From positions 21,018,001 through 21,082,000 of the forward strand of contig NC_042999.1 in the NCBI RefSeq assembly GCF_006345805.1: 64,000 bases of DNA. Direction: 5' to 3'. Below, one piece after another: positions 11,449-25,401 of this stretch. The position numbers and the translations under genes are program-made. Under the pieces are notes generated by a model that was not told the DNA's origin, did not search any database, and saw only the letters and a program-made list of their open reading frames with translations. This DNA is from Octopus sinensis (lineage: Eukaryota). Position 1 is the stretch's first letter. Each line of letters opens with the position of its first letter.

Positions 11449-12179
11449 TTATTACGATATTAATGATTATTATTTAGATATATTAACTACATATTGCCTA
11501 TATATACGTTTTCAAACATAAAATGCCGGTAAATATTCGCTAAATTTTGTTTTGAATAAAGGCCAACAATCTTTATGTTTTCTTATTTTGGCAACAGATC
11601 AGCTAATATGGCGTGGGACAAAGTGGCTGACAACGATCTCAATGTTCAAATGGTTCTGAAAAAAATAAAAAACAAAAACACCGACTTCCGAACTTAATCT
11701 CAGGACGTTAGTATTCAGCTAGCGCACCACCGTAAACGTCAAGTTAATATATATTACCAAAATCTATTTGCTTCCATAGTACACCAGGGAAAAATAACAG
11801 AAAACTAAAAGGACATTTAGGTGGAGTTTCTTCTGATACCGTTTACATTACTAGATGATGAATGCTAAATCGTAGAGCAATCGTTGCATTTCTCCTTGAA
11901 ACAAATAATAGTACAGAATAAAGTGCGGTGCAATACGTGTCATCATTAGCTTCCGCCGAAAACATTTGTTGTCTGGACAAACGCATTACGGTGATAGACA
12001 AGTATAAATATCGAAATTAAATTATGAATATTTAGCGAAAATGTCGTGCCATGTCCAGTACGTTATTTCGTTTTGGTCTACACAGTATAAATTACTATTG
12101 GATATAGTTTAGGTCTACAAATACACACATATGGAGATGATATGATGGATTAAATGAATATATTGTGTTGTGATAATAA

Positions 12180-12325
12180 TCGCAGGAGTGGCTGTGTGGT
12201 AAGTAGCTTTCTTACCAACCACATTGTTCCGGGTTCAGTCCCACTGCAGAGCATCCTGGGTGAGTGTCTTCAACTATAGTCCCGGGTCGACCAAAACCTT
12301 GTGAATGGATTTGGTAGATGGAATC
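12180..12325 (+). mobile_element. SINE-B 5' half
   Basis: cgcaggagtggctgtgtggtaagtagc...gggttcagtcccactgc...ggatttggtagatggaa. Confidence 0.75.
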
Positions 12326-12646
12326 TATATATATAGGTGAGATGAAAATGGAGGACAAATAACGAACAGAAGTGTGTATTTTGCGCTATTAAGTCATTAT
12401 TTAGTAACTAAAGGTGGGAGTGAAGTTGTTTACGGTCGTTTCTGTTTACCATGGTGAGGAAAATATATATTATATTTTTGCCTCCTTACTAATGGTAGTC
12501 ATCGTCAGAACGAAGAGGTCAGAGGTAGAGAGAAGACTGAAAGATCAGTGGTTACTCCAGGAAAGAGAATATCAAAGCTTCGAGTGTCTTACTTTATATT
12601 GGGGTTCACAGTTCGTTAAGTCCGTTATGAATGTATGAAGATTATA

Positions 12647-12877
12647 TACTTCTTTACTACCCACAAGGGGCTAAACATAGAGAAGACAAACAAAGACAGA
12701 CAAAGGGATTAAGTCGATTACATCGACCTCAGTGCGAAACTGGTACTTAATTTATCGACCCCGAAAGGATGAAAGGCAAAGTCGACCTCGGCGGAATTTG
12801 AGCTCAGAATGTAACGACAGACGAAATACGGCTACGCATTTCGCTCGGCGTGCTAACGTTTCTGCCAGCTCGCCGAC
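12647..12877 (-). mobile_element. SINE-A, full length
   Basis: 16-bp TSD atgtatgaagattata at 12631-12646 and 12878-12893. Confidence 0.9.
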
Positions 12878-13321
12878 ATGTATGAAGATTATAATTTAGT
12901 TGCACCTCTGGTATCATGTTTATTCAATGGCATGTCTTGCACGTGCCTGTGACTTCCAGGGTTTCACCGGCGGTACAGTGTAAGGGAGCTAACTCTAGTC
13001 ATGGAAAACCCGTGCTGTTATAATGACCTGGAAGACTGTAGGGAGTAACTTCTGAATGGCTTCAAAATATAACCGCTGTTTAGTTATATATTTAAGAGAT
13101 GGTTATAGATTTACTTATTGAATTTATTTACCGATACGGTTGTACATAGAATAAATGTGTTTGAAAGTTGTGGTTTATTTGGTATGTTTGTTCCCAAACA
13201 ACACTTATTTTAGTGCTGCTGACACCACCGGATTGAATGGTACTGTCCAGGTGTCGAAACCATAAGGATATCCGTGAGGCAGCTGAGGATGGGGGTATGT
13301 TGGATCGTTGGTATATCTGTT

Positions 13322-13557
13322 TTTGTGTATGTTGAATAGTATGTGTGTGTCTGTGTTTGTCACTCCCCCCACCATTGCTTGACATCCGATGCTGGTGTGC
13401 TTCGTCCCCGTAACTTAGCGGTTCGGCAAAATAGATCGATAGAATAAGTACTAGGCTTACAAAGAGTAAGCCCTGGGGCTCTATTTGCTAGAATAAAGGC
13501 TGTGCTCCAGCATGGTCGCAGTGAGATGGTTAAAAACAACTAAAAGAATAAAAGAAT
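13322..13557 (+). mobile_element. SINE-B 3' half
   Basis: accattgcttgacatccgatgctggtgtg...gtgctccagcatggtcgcag...aaaagaataaaaga. Confidence 0.75.
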
Positions 13558-14647
13558 AGCAATAATGGTTTCAAATTTTGGAAAAGTTATCATTGAAATG
13601 CCAGTAATTTCGGGAAGTTTGTGTATTTTTACATTCTTATATTATAATTTAATTTTGCATGTTATCAGAATACCAATGGATTGAATTTAAAATATATATT
13701 TTAGAGGATTAATAAACTTCGTTGATTACTTATCATTAGTTGTGTACGTGCAATATCTCTCAAGAATCAAGTCAATTCTAAAAATATTTCCCCCACCACA
13801 GCATTGCGAGCGAGTGAGCTTGTTGTTAAATATCACATAGAGTTTTTAAATGTTAAATTTTAAGATACGTAGGTTTGTACTTTGAAGTTGAATTTTTTAC
13901 ATTTTAAGAGAAGTGGTTTGATTTTTACCGATTACCAAATAATGAGAGAATTGAATTACAATATTTAACGAGTTGAAAAAAGAAGAAAATATTTCGATAT
14001 GAAGGTTGACAAAAGTAATCCTTTACACATCGGTAGAACTTGTGATGTATGTAAGAAATGTCACCGGTTTTAAACATGTCGTTCCTTCAGGCGATGGCTG
14101 TAAATACAAGGGAGATAATTGTTCCCTCGCAACATGAATCGGGATTAGAAATTTTAAATCGGAAACGTTTAGCATCTTAAAATATTCTGATAAAACTTTC
14201 GGTTAATGGCGACAAATATACCATTTCTGAAAGCAAATTTTATATACCAATCAAATTTTTGATAGAATTATTTCCACTTCCTTTAAATTCGTTTTAACAA
14301 ATATCCAGCTAGCAAGCCTTAAGTAAATGAAACATTTCAGAAAGTAATTTAAAACTTTTAGACATATTTTGTAACAAAGTACCATAGTTCATCAACACAG
14401 TGATGTCGGGCGTCAACGAAGAGCCCTCGACTACAAGACGACAAAAGTTTCTTTTTTCCAAGGTCTGGGGTCTCCCGCCCCTAAGCCCTAAACCATCACC
14501 TAATCACCCTTACCCGTCTTGTTGCTTAACAACAACAACAAAAATCCAAGACATGCAACACCATATCATGATTATCATTACAATAATATCACTGGTCTCC
14601 TACACTGGAGTATAATGCTTTGGATAAGAAAGATTTAAATATTATTT

Positions 14648-14830
14648 CCTACTATAGGCACAAGGCCTGAAATTTAGGGGAAGGGAGCCAGTCGATTAGA
14701 CCGATGTCAGTATGCAACTGGTACTTACTTTATCGGCCCCGAAAGGATGAAAGCGATGTCGAACTCGGCGGAATTTGAACTCAAAACGTAAAGATAGACG
14801 AAATACCGCTAAGCATTTTCCCCCGGCATT
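14648..14830 (-). mobile_element. SINE-A variant with a different tail
   Basis: SINE-A body (cccgaaaggatgaaagcg..ggaatttgaactc) joined to the tail ttcctactataggcacaaggcctgaaatt. Confidence 0.7.
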
Positions 14831-14882
14831 GCTAATTTCAGGCAGAGCTTTCAGTTTACTTTCAAACGAATCGGTTTATTAC

Positions 14883-15099
14883 ACTTTTACTGTTTTAGTT
14901 GTTTCAGTCATTTAAATGTGGCCATGCTGGAGCACCGCCTTGAGTAGAGGAAATCGACCCCAGGACTTATTCTTTGTAACCCTAGTACTTATTCAATCGG
15001 TCTCTTTTGCCGAACCGCTAGGTTACGGGGACGTAAACACACCAGCATCGATTGTCAAGCGATGTTGGGGGAACACCCTAGACGCACGCACACACACAC

Positions 15100-15130
<31 letters not shown>

Positions 15131-15289
15131 CCAGGCTTCTTTCAGTTTCCGTCTACCAAATCCACTCACAAGTCTTTGGTCGGCCCGAGGCTATAGTAGA
15201 AGACACTTGCCCAGGGTGCCACGCAGTGGGGCTGAACCCGGAACCATGTATTTCGTAAGCAAGCTACTTACCACACAGCCACTCCCTGC
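14883..15289 (-). mobile_element. SINE-B, full length
   Basis: Matches the other SINE-B copies end to end, with an internal (CA)n(TA)n tract. Confidence 0.85.
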
Positions 15290-16289
15290 TATCGGAATTA
15301 TAAGGATGCCAAATAAAAATGAAAAGAAATGAAAACAGTTATTTTCTTAACTTGTCCAATAACCTTACCTGTAAACATGAAAATGTTTCCAGCCAGTTAC
15401 TGATTAATTTTCGCCAGAAGGTATACTGTTTCCTTAGCTATCTATTCTCCATGTTTCTTCAATACAGGAATCCTCCTTTGTTAAAGAAAGCGTTTCAACC
15501 ATGGCCGCAAATTTTATTAGACGGTGACAATATTTTGTCAACGCCAACCAATTTTCAATTACTTCTTTCTTTTCAACTGCATTTATCCATTGGATCTCTT
15601 CTGATTGCATCGTTTGACATTTACAATCGAATGAAATCTATAGAAATCTACAAAATGAATATATATCGGTTAATCAACACAGTGGACCCTTCCCTAAAAT
15701 AACAGCATTTCATAATATCTTATTTCTTTCTGGATAACGACAAAGATGTTTATTCTGTTCAGCTACATAAACGTGTCAATAATTCGCTTCAACATACAAT
15801 CCACAAAGTAGTGAGAAAATTAAACTGCTAACAAAACAACCATCTGGAGATCATTAACTAAATAATGACGAATTCTTATATTGATTACAGAAGAATTTAG
15901 AAGAATTTTAATGGAAATCAATTTTCTCTTGTGCACTATTTAACACAAAAGAGAAAAGAACTTGCCCTTAAAGGATAACAGTGAAAATTATTTCATGATT
16001 TGAAATTGGGCGAGAATATTGAATGTTGCTGTAGAATTTTACTTCATAATAGAAGCTCTTGTACAATATTGACATTGAAACTATCGTACTATGGATGTAT
16101 TAACAAATATTCATAAGTATATATGGTTGTAATTGATATCATTTTAAGAAAGATTAGTATTCTTTTAGGTTCTTTGATTTGACTAGGACAGTTATATGGA
16201 AAAGATTGAATTTTAACTCTATCCATGATGGTGGCAAAAACGCAGAAAGTAACTGATATTTGGTATATTTCAGCTCTGCATTAACTGTC

Positions 16290-16345
<56 letters not shown>

Positions 16346-16692
16346 AGAAGATGCACCCATGCTTATACATATATACACGCACACACAGATATATATGCAC
16401 ATATATTTACACAGACGTTTATGTGTATGGGTGTGTGAAAATTAGTTACAAAAGCAGTATTAATACAGAATGACAATATTAAATGTCCTCGTGTGTTAAA
16501 TTATAAGGCACAAGCAGAAAATTACTCTCCCCACACACAACAGAATATGCTTCAACACACGGACTCTCATAAAGAATCTTGCAAACCAAATCCCAAAACG
16601 AAATTATATATATGTTAATGCAATTGAAACAGTTGTTGGATTTCTAAGGTGTCATCTAAAGTAAAGATATGATTTTCTTACATAATATTGAT

Positions 16693-16732
<40 letters not shown>

Positions 16733-17667
16733 GAGGATAATATCGATATTTAAGTATCAAAATTATCAAGTGGCCAGCATGAAAGAAATACCTTACAAAG
16801 GTAAAAAATTTTTATAACAATTAAAAATGAGGGTGTCTAAAAGACACCAACATGCCGAAATAGCAGTCGAACTTCTGACTATAAAACCACGTTAAATGTT
16901 CATATCGTACCATGAGGTAAAGCGGAGGGACAAAACATACAAGCAAAAATTATTGAATAATTCAAGATCCAAGGATTTCTGGTTCTGCTTTAAATAAGCT
17001 TTACCGTCATCAATTGAATATATCAAGGGTACATAAATGCAGATATATATATGCACAGCAAACGATATACTTACATACACATATATCACCTTCTGCTTCT
17101 TTCTGATTTCTTTTTCGTTTTTCAACCTTCTACATTTTCTTTCTACTTCTTTCTCGCTTTCTCTCGCTTGTCTCTTTTTCTATCGACCCAGTTCTAGTTG
17201 TTTATGCCATATAGACAGTACTTTATTGATTGTGCTAGGGCTCCGAACGCATTAAAACTCATTGTCTGATACGCTCACACAATATAAAAGCACATATTGT
17301 GTTTAAGAAATTATATATATACATGTATGTATGTGTGTGTGCGTGTGATTATAATCAAGGAAAACATTTATTTAAAATCTTATCAAGCAGCTAGCATGTA
17401 ATGGACCATTTAGGAAAAAATTAATACAAAGTATATAATTTTATAAATATAATTACAATAACGGAAACTACTGAATAATGTTACATGCTAGAAGTAGACG
17501 CCAGATGGCTCTAAAGCTACTTTATAGTTTTAGACACAGGCTGAAAACGAGGGAAATGAAGAGAGAAGGTTTTTTTTTAAATGTTTAGCTATATATCGAT
17601 TTCTAGTTTAGGGATGTAATACACTTTACCGTCATAAGTATGACATAACTCAGAGTACATCATAATA

Positions 17668-17670
<3 letters not shown>

Positions 17671-17714
<44 letters not shown>
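17671..17714. repeat. (GA)n microsatellite
   Basis: Uninterrupted GA run. Confidence 0.95.
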
Positions 17715-17716
<2 letters not shown>

Positions 17717-18630
17717 TGGGGAATGCATGTATACACGCTACAGTATACCACAGTTTCCGTCCAACAAATTGCAATTTGCTGGTCAGTGACTTTTCTTAAA
17801 ACCACATATTTGCAAAGCAAGTTTCTTAACCGCGCAGCCAATGAAATTTTGAATAGAGAAAGACATTGAAATTGATGTAGAAGCTAGAATTCCAAATGTT
17901 CACCTCAAGCAGACATATAATTTTTCTTTAACCAGCGTCCACGTCTCTTATACACTACGGCTCCAGTAGCTTATTATAGTCTCATTATCTTACTATATCA
18001 GTATAGGAATTGCCAAGCATCATGAAAATCATTATATGCTCTCTATCCTTACATATGTATCAAGTAAACTTTTAGTAATATAAAAATATTGTATAAAGTA
18101 TTTTAAGATGATGTATGTTGTCATAGGAAATGTGGGTGTAATGCTGTATTATTTCAATTTTTTTGTTTCTATTTCCTGTTTTAAGTAAACATTCTTTAAC
18201 GTTACATGCACACCGCCATTTTACGACACGCATATATATGGAGATGGTTATATATAAATATATATAACAGGGATGTGCCGCCTACCTTCAATAAAATGAT
18301 CGATAGCAACATTTTCTTTTAACAGCAAAGTATGCACCTAATTCAATAAAAGTATGAAGGTTACTCTGATTACTATGAATAAAATACAAAATATGTATTT
18401 TTTGTAGATTAGGTAGGTATAATACGTCGCTGCTTTTCAATCGAAATGTTTAAGTTACGCATAGTAATGCTGTAGAATACGTGCTTCGCATATTCTTGCT
18501 TTACGTGCTATAAAGGCACAAGTAAATCTGCCGTCAACTCAGTCGCACGCATATATTACATATTTTTTCTGTGTTCTACTACATAAAGATCACCAACTAC
18601 TTACCCTGAGTAATTACTGACAGCACGTGC

Positions 18631-18632
<2 letters not shown>

Positions 18633-18667
<35 letters not shown>

Positions 18668-18677
18668 TAGAGAGATA

Positions 18678-18720
<43 letters not shown>

Positions 18721-18734
18721 CAGACAGAGAGATA

Positions 18735-18778
<44 letters not shown>

Positions 18779-18788
18779 TAGAGAGATA

Positions 18789-18832
<44 letters not shown>

Positions 18833-18842
18833 TAGAGAGATA

Positions 18843-18902
<60 letters not shown>

Positions 18903-18912
18903 TAGAGAGATA

Positions 18913-18953
<41 letters not shown>

Positions 18954-18969
18954 CACAGATAGAGAGATA

Positions 18970-19021
<52 letters not shown>

Positions 19022-19378
19022 AGTGTATGTGTGTGTGTGTGTGAGTGTATATGTGTGTGTGTGTGTGAGTGTATATATGTGCGTGTGTGTGTATATATAT
19101 GTATGTGTGTTTACATATATATATATATGCGTGTATGTATGTGTGTATGTGCGCGTATATATGCATATGTGTGTGTATATATATATATATACACACACAT
19201 AGATACGCGCACATACACACACGCACATATACGCACACGCAGATATATGTACACGCACATATATATATTTATACACACACATACATACACACACTTATAT
19301 ACAGATATATACACATACATATATGTATATACACACATACATACACACACTTATATACATATATATATATACACATTT

Positions 19379-19410
<32 letters not shown>
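18633..19410. repeat. Compound minisatellite and microsatellite block
   Basis: Six units of acagatagagagatatatatg(ta)n at about 18660-19000, then (TG)n, (TA)n and (CA)n mosaics. Confidence 0.9.
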
Positions 19411-20274
19411 TGGTTAAATCTATTTCACATCGACATTATTTTTCCACGAGTCTGTTAGCAATCATATGAATATTTTCTGATTTCTTGTCTACGCCGTCAT
19501 TCGAATTGTTGATGGTTTTGTTCTACACCCATCTGCTATTTTCAGAATGTGCTTGCTGTAATAGTCTAGCTGTTATGAATATTATCTGCATATAAATTGG
19601 CGTTTATGTTTTATATATTGCAAAACAATATTTGGTAAGATAGATAAGTTAAGATGAAATGAGAAAATACTTATTTCTAAGATTGAAAACTTAGTGAATA
19701 TCTCATCATTTAGAAATCATATTATAAGATCATAGGGTAAAGTTTGCTCTCCGGAGTGTAGGTTAGACGAATATTCAAAATCTAATATAAGTGAAAGATT
19801 GCAAAAAGAAAGAATATTTACAAATAATAACGTATTGAAGATTAGAATTTCATGAATACATAATCATGGGATAATATAGTTTGAACTGTACACAAAAAGG
19901 AAAAAATAATCAAAATAGAGAATTATATATGGACACGTAGTAGAGAAACAAATTAAAACGAGAAATGCAATAAGTATATTTATTTATTTATATACATCAG
20001 ATCAATAGGTCCTGCGTCTTTTACGACGATAGATGTTCTAGTTGTTTTTATCCACAGCACAGATAATTTATCGAATTATACTTTTTGGAGGTGAGTGTTC
20101 CATATATGCTTCCGTTCTTTATTTAATATTTAAAGGGATGAAGATTGGCAGTTGACATACTGATGAATAGCCATACATAGATAGGTTGAGTATTTCATAG
20201 ACTAATCTACTTCCGTCTATTTTCTTACGAGAAAACGTAGTGCTACAATGACATGTATATATATACTATCATAA

Positions 20275-20381
<107 letters not shown>

Positions 20382-20612
20382 TATATATATACATATGCAT
20401 AAGTGGATAGATCAAGCAGTCTGCAAATACTTCTAGCGTTAACCCAAATCTCAGAAAGATTACACAAAGTTTGACAAGCTGATGAGGAATTAGAGATATC
20501 ATGTCAAATTTTACGCTCGGTATACATTGTATGTTTTTTAACCTGTCGCTGCCTATTCATATGTATTAAGTAACGGAGCGCAACGCAGCCCGGCTTCTAT
20601 TGAGAGCAGTTT

Positions 20613-20617
20613 TATAT

Positions 20618-20660
<43 letters not shown>

Positions 20661-20680
20661 TATATATTATATATATATAT

Positions 20681-20751
<71 letters not shown>

Positions 20752-20760
20752 TACACATAG
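20613..20760. repeat. (TA)n plus (GATA)n microsatellite
   Basis: Seen directly; it abuts the 3' end of the CR1-like fragment. Confidence 0.9.
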
Positions 20761-21305
20761 ATATATAAAACTTAGATATGTTTCCATCAAAGACTGGTCC
20801 AGGCCATGTCTAACTTAATCGCACCAGCTGATAGGATTATCTAAATCCTTTTTAAGTCAAGTTTTGTTTAGGGTTCATTCAAGTAGTGAGTTCTTGTTGA
20901 GTGAGTTGTATTCAGGTATGGGTGGTTTATCTGGTATTCCTTGAAGAAATCTGTCCAGACTCTGTTTAAACGTGATGGGATCCTTTTCCTCTTTAATCAG
21001 TTTTTAGACAATGTTAAACAGGACAGGGCCTGTTGAGGAAATTAAATTATTTTGCATTGTACCTATATGCTGTGATCCTGAATTGGGCAGGGGACGTAAG
21101 GCCCGTGGTCCCAGCCTTGGATGAACCTTGAAACTAATGTTCAGGTTATTTGGGCAATGCTGTCGGTATATTCTCCACATCGTACAAATGATGTACCGCT
21201 CGCGGCAGCGCTGGAGAGACTAGAGTTTCAAGGTTTTACGGCGGTCCCAGTAATCGAAATCAGTCATGCCTTTAATTTGTTTAGTGAATGCGCTCCGGGG
21301 TTATT
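20761..21305 (-). mobile_element. CR1-type LINE 3' fragment, decayed
   Basis: Minus translation 'AFTKQIKGMTDFDYWDRRKTLKL*SLQRCRERYIICTMWRIYRQHCPNN...FKQSLDRFLQGIPDKP' matches the post-RT C-terminus typical of CR1-like ORF2, followed by a 3' UTR. Confidence 0.75.
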
Positions 21306-21592
21306 CAATCCTAGAGATGTTAGACATGGCCTGGACCAATCTTTGATCGAAACATATCTAGGTTTTATACACGTATATATACAAAAGATATATATATCTC
21401 TCTCTTCTCTCTCATTTATATATATATATCTACATACAAAGGCGGAGAAATGTGAAATGATGGCACCTTGTTCTCTGGACCGAAACCTTCTTAAGATCCA
21501 GGAGCTCATCCTACGAGCTATATCGACCTTATTGTTGTTGTGGGCGCTCCAACAGAGATTGTTATCAACAATTATATATATATATAATATAT

Positions 21593-21643
<51 letters not shown>

Positions 21644-21644
21644 C

Positions 21645-21862
21645 GCCGATTTCCCTGATTCTGTGGCGCATATGTTTCCCCCCGCCACTGAACGGAAGCC
21701 GGTCCATCGCAGGACTAGTCATGTGTGCCAGCTTAGTGGACTGGAGCAACGTCAAATGTTGTCTTCTGCTCAAGTTCTCAACGCTTCGATCAGTCTAAGA
21801 TTCGAAATCAGAATCCTACGTTCATGGTTGCAACACGCCAACTAGTAATCGAAGCGCCTCTA
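21645..21862 (-). mobile_element. Decayed SINE with a SINE-D-like middle and a 'gcgatggac' tail
   Basis: Shares gttgctccagtccactaagctg with 40153-40486 and ctgcgatggac..gggggaaaca with 54822-54880. Confidence 0.6.
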
Positions 21863-21953
21863 CGCTTAAATATATTACAATGGTTAATCTAGACAAAAAA
21901 GCATTTTTATCTGGTTGTTTTATTAATGTGTAGTTCATTAGTTATAATAAAAC

Positions 21954-22161
21954 GTTAGCACGCCGGGCGAAATGCGTAGCCGTATTTCGTCTGCAGTTAC
22001 GTTCTGGGTTCAAATTCCGCCGAGGTCGACTTTGCCTTTCATCCTTTCGGGGTCGATAAATTAAGTACCAGTTCACTGGGGTCGATGTAATCGACTTAAT
22101 CCGTTTGTCTGTCCTTGTTTGTCCCCTCTGTGTTTAGCTCCTTGTGGGTAGTAAAGAAATA
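21954..22161 (+). mobile_element. SINE-A, slightly 5'-truncated
   Basis: 11-bp TSD tataataaaac at 21943-21953 and 22162-22172. Confidence 0.85.
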
Positions 22162-22974
22162 TATAATAAAACTCCGTGCGGAATGATAAAGGGAAAACGT
22201 TGTGCTCGAGCGCTGTTGGTCCAACGATATGTTACATTTCGCTTTAAGGCAAAGATATTTAGGGACAACAGTCTGGAACACTGAATTTCTAATGACTTTG
22301 GTTGTCATATCCGTTTGCTCTTGGCAGATGTAATTTAATTCTACACCGCTTCAACGATGTTGATGTAAAATAAAGGGATATTGCTCTAGTTCGTTCTAAG
22401 CATATGTGGAAGGAATACAAGCATCTTCATAAAGAACGACTGTATCATATACTACTTGAAATTTAAATTGAACATAAGTTAGAAACAGGACTATTGCTGT
22501 CTTTCGACATTTAGTTCATGTGTAAATCATATCATGAAAAGGAGAGAGACTGATTCTATTTATCATGATGCAGTATTGATGTTTGAATAGAAATGTTAAA
22601 TGACTGTTAAAAGTCATTTCACTTTTAGTGCATAGTGAGATTATTTAGAACCGAATTGCTTTTATTTTAGCAATACGCTAGACCCATTTTGAGCCATGTT
22701 AGAATATAAGTATGATCAAAGACACATCTTTAAGTCTCATACTGTAAACGTAAGATTTCATTACCCGATAAAATTATAACTCTGTTGAGTGTCCAGGAAT
22801 AGCAATCATCAGTTATTGACTGAATAGATGGTTTTTCTTAATGGTGTAGAAAGAAGAGAATTTATGAAAGGTTTTGATGTGTATCATTTAAAGAGTCGTC
22901 CCTGTTAAATGAAAATATGATCTCGAATTCAGGATGGTCGGTAGAACAATTCATAAATTTCAACGATTACTTTT

Positions 22975-23362
22975 CTACATATGTATGTGTTTATATGTTT
23001 GTTTCTATGTTTGTTCTCCCACCATCGCTTGACAACCAATGGTGGTGTGTTTACGTCCCTGTAACTTAGCGGTTCGGCAAAAGAGACCAATAGAATAAGT
23101 ACTAGGTATGCAAAGAATGAGTCCTGGGATCGATTTGCTCGACTAAAGGCGGTGCTCCAGCATGGCCGCATTCAAATGACTGAAACAAGTAAAAGAGTAA
23201 AAGAGAGAGGATGTGTGTACGTGCGTGATACTACATATACACGCACACGAGCTCACCCCAACACACAAAATACTAGGCTATTTAGAAGTTTATTCATTGT
23301 AACGAAAAATACGTAATTACAAACTGTATCTCGTCTGATAAATTGACTTCTATTTTGTCTGT
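22975..23362. repeat. Inverted duplicate of 25245-25630 (SINE-B 3' half plus unique flank)
   Basis: About 95% identical by eye over roughly 386 bp, including about 150 bp of non-SINE flank. Confidence 0.9.
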
Positions 23363-23625
23363 AAATATCCACATTCATACGATAAGAGAATGAATGACAA
23401 TCATTTTACTTCCATCAAAGATAAATACGATGTATTTTAATTGGAATGAACAACTTCGAGAGAGAGAGAGAGACCCTCAAAGTGGTAATATATGAAAACG
23501 ATATGCAGTTAACGCACTCAGATGATTCCTAGGGTTTCTCAGGATATTTACATTTTCAAATATAGATATGCTTATATTGGTCAGACACTCATTAGGGATG
23601 ATAGAGAAACCATATAAATAAATGC

Positions 23626-23852
23626 GGCGAGCTGGCAGGTACGTTAGAGCGCCGGGCGAAATGCTTAGCGGTATTTCGTCTGTCGTTACGTTCTGAGTTC
23701 AAATTCCGCCGAGGTCGCTTTGCCTTTCATCCTTTCGGGGTCGATAAATAAAGTACCAGTTTTGCACTGGGGTCGATGTAATCGACTTAATCCCTTTGTC
23801 TGTCCTTGTTTGTCCCCTCTATGTTCAGCCCCTTGTGGGCAGTAAAGAAATG
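23626..23852 (+). mobile_element. SINE-A, full length
   Basis: 15-bp TSD catataaa(t/c)aaatgc at 23611-23625 and 23853-23867. Confidence 0.9.
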
Positions 23853-24191
23853 CATATAAACAAATGCATTGTAATCAAACGCTAGTTGTTATTTATTTAG
23901 ATGTAGTTTATCCACATGAATTAACGCATCAATCTTGTTCTCCCTGGTTTAGCGAAGACGAGCATACGACGGCGTCCTTGAGGGGACGCTTGTACGGGTA
24001 AAAAATGGTCGAAAGTAAAAATAAGTAAAGTGTGCTTCAATTCTGCAATCTTAGCATATAATTTCACAACTCATTTCAATCTGATACTTCTTTGTAGTCA
24101 AGAAATAACATATAAATACACACATTTATATAATATACATCTACAATGATATATATATATATATATATATAGATAGATAGATAGATATATG

Positions 24192-24227
<36 letters not shown>

Positions 24228-25401
24228 CATACGCACACACATACATGTATGCATATGTATATGAATAAATAGAAAAATCGATCCATCATCTCTCTTCTTT
24301 TCTTTCTCCTCTTTTCTATTTTTCCTCTCAAACATTGATCTGGACATTATATTTTGATCTTTACGGTCTTCTTCACCTTATGTTTACCGAACACCAATAA
24401 AGGGTGTAGTTCTGCCAACTTTTTACTGATATACATTTAACGGTTCATGAATAACAAAACAGCAACGCCCACGACCATAATAGCAACAACAATAGTAAGA
24501 ACAAGTAAAAAAAATAAATAAATAAAAGAAGAAAGCAGAGAAAATTTAATTTTGATCATTGACCACTCCATCCCTCTCGAAAATAATCGGTTTGATGTCG
24601 ATCACTTGACTCCATCAGTTAGAAACGAGATGGTGTTTTTTTCCAGTAATCTTATCAAACGCGATAGCTCTCTTGTCACGACACAGGAGAAAATGAATGA
24701 TGGCTTGTCACAAATGATGAAACCAAAAATATTACGATATTGAAAATAGTGAAAATATTTGAAAAACAACAGATTTGTCGGAAATGTATAAAATTGATGA
24801 GAGATATATCAGTTTCCAGCAATAGATTTTTTTTCTTAAAAATGACACTAACTGATGATTTATCAAAATCTAAGGTATTTAAGAATCTGACCAAACGAAT
24901 AAACTATTAGTGGTAGTCTGTAGATTTTAATCAATTTTCCGACAAGACGGCGGCATTGAAATCTCGGCCAATTGTCGTAACTTTTTATCCGATCAATTGA
25001 ATATAAATGAAAGCGAAATACGGACTGGTTGTCTCCAAACGCTTTGGAAATTATATAGTATAAAGTTCCAAGAACGTATTCAGCCAATCTATATCTGGCT
25101 TTTAATAGAAAAAAAAACGTTGGAAAATATAAAACACGTAACAAAGGTCACGGTGGTATCCTGATAACCGATAAAATATCGAGAGACACAACATAAAACG
25201 AGGAGACAGAGTGACTGGTTTAAGTGGTATTAGAAAGATGACCAACAGACAAAATAGAAGTCAATTTATCAGACAAGATACAGTTTGTAATTACGTATTT
25301 TTCGTTACAATGAATAAACCTCTAAATAGCCTAGTATTTTGTGTGTTGGGGTGAGCTCGTGTGCGTGTATATGTAGTATCATGCACGCACACACATCCTC
25401 T

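Noticed and set aside
13214-13294. AG...GT-bounded 81-nt candidate exon
   Set aside because: Stops in all three frames; the shorter 44-nt alternative has no recognisable homology.
18660-19000. Repeat-spacer pattern resembling a CRISPR array
   Set aside because: The spacers are only (TA)n, the context is eukaryotic and there are no cas genes.
18597-19458. ORFs of 130-226 aa ([12 protein letters not shown])
   Set aside because: Translations of dinucleotide tracts lacking stops. The same applies to 28577-29368, 43984-44638, 55618-56159 and 58852-59233.
21121-21798. 225-aa plus-strand ORF
   Set aside because: It runs antisense through a CR1 fragment, a (TA)n tract and a SINE, so it is a chance chimera.
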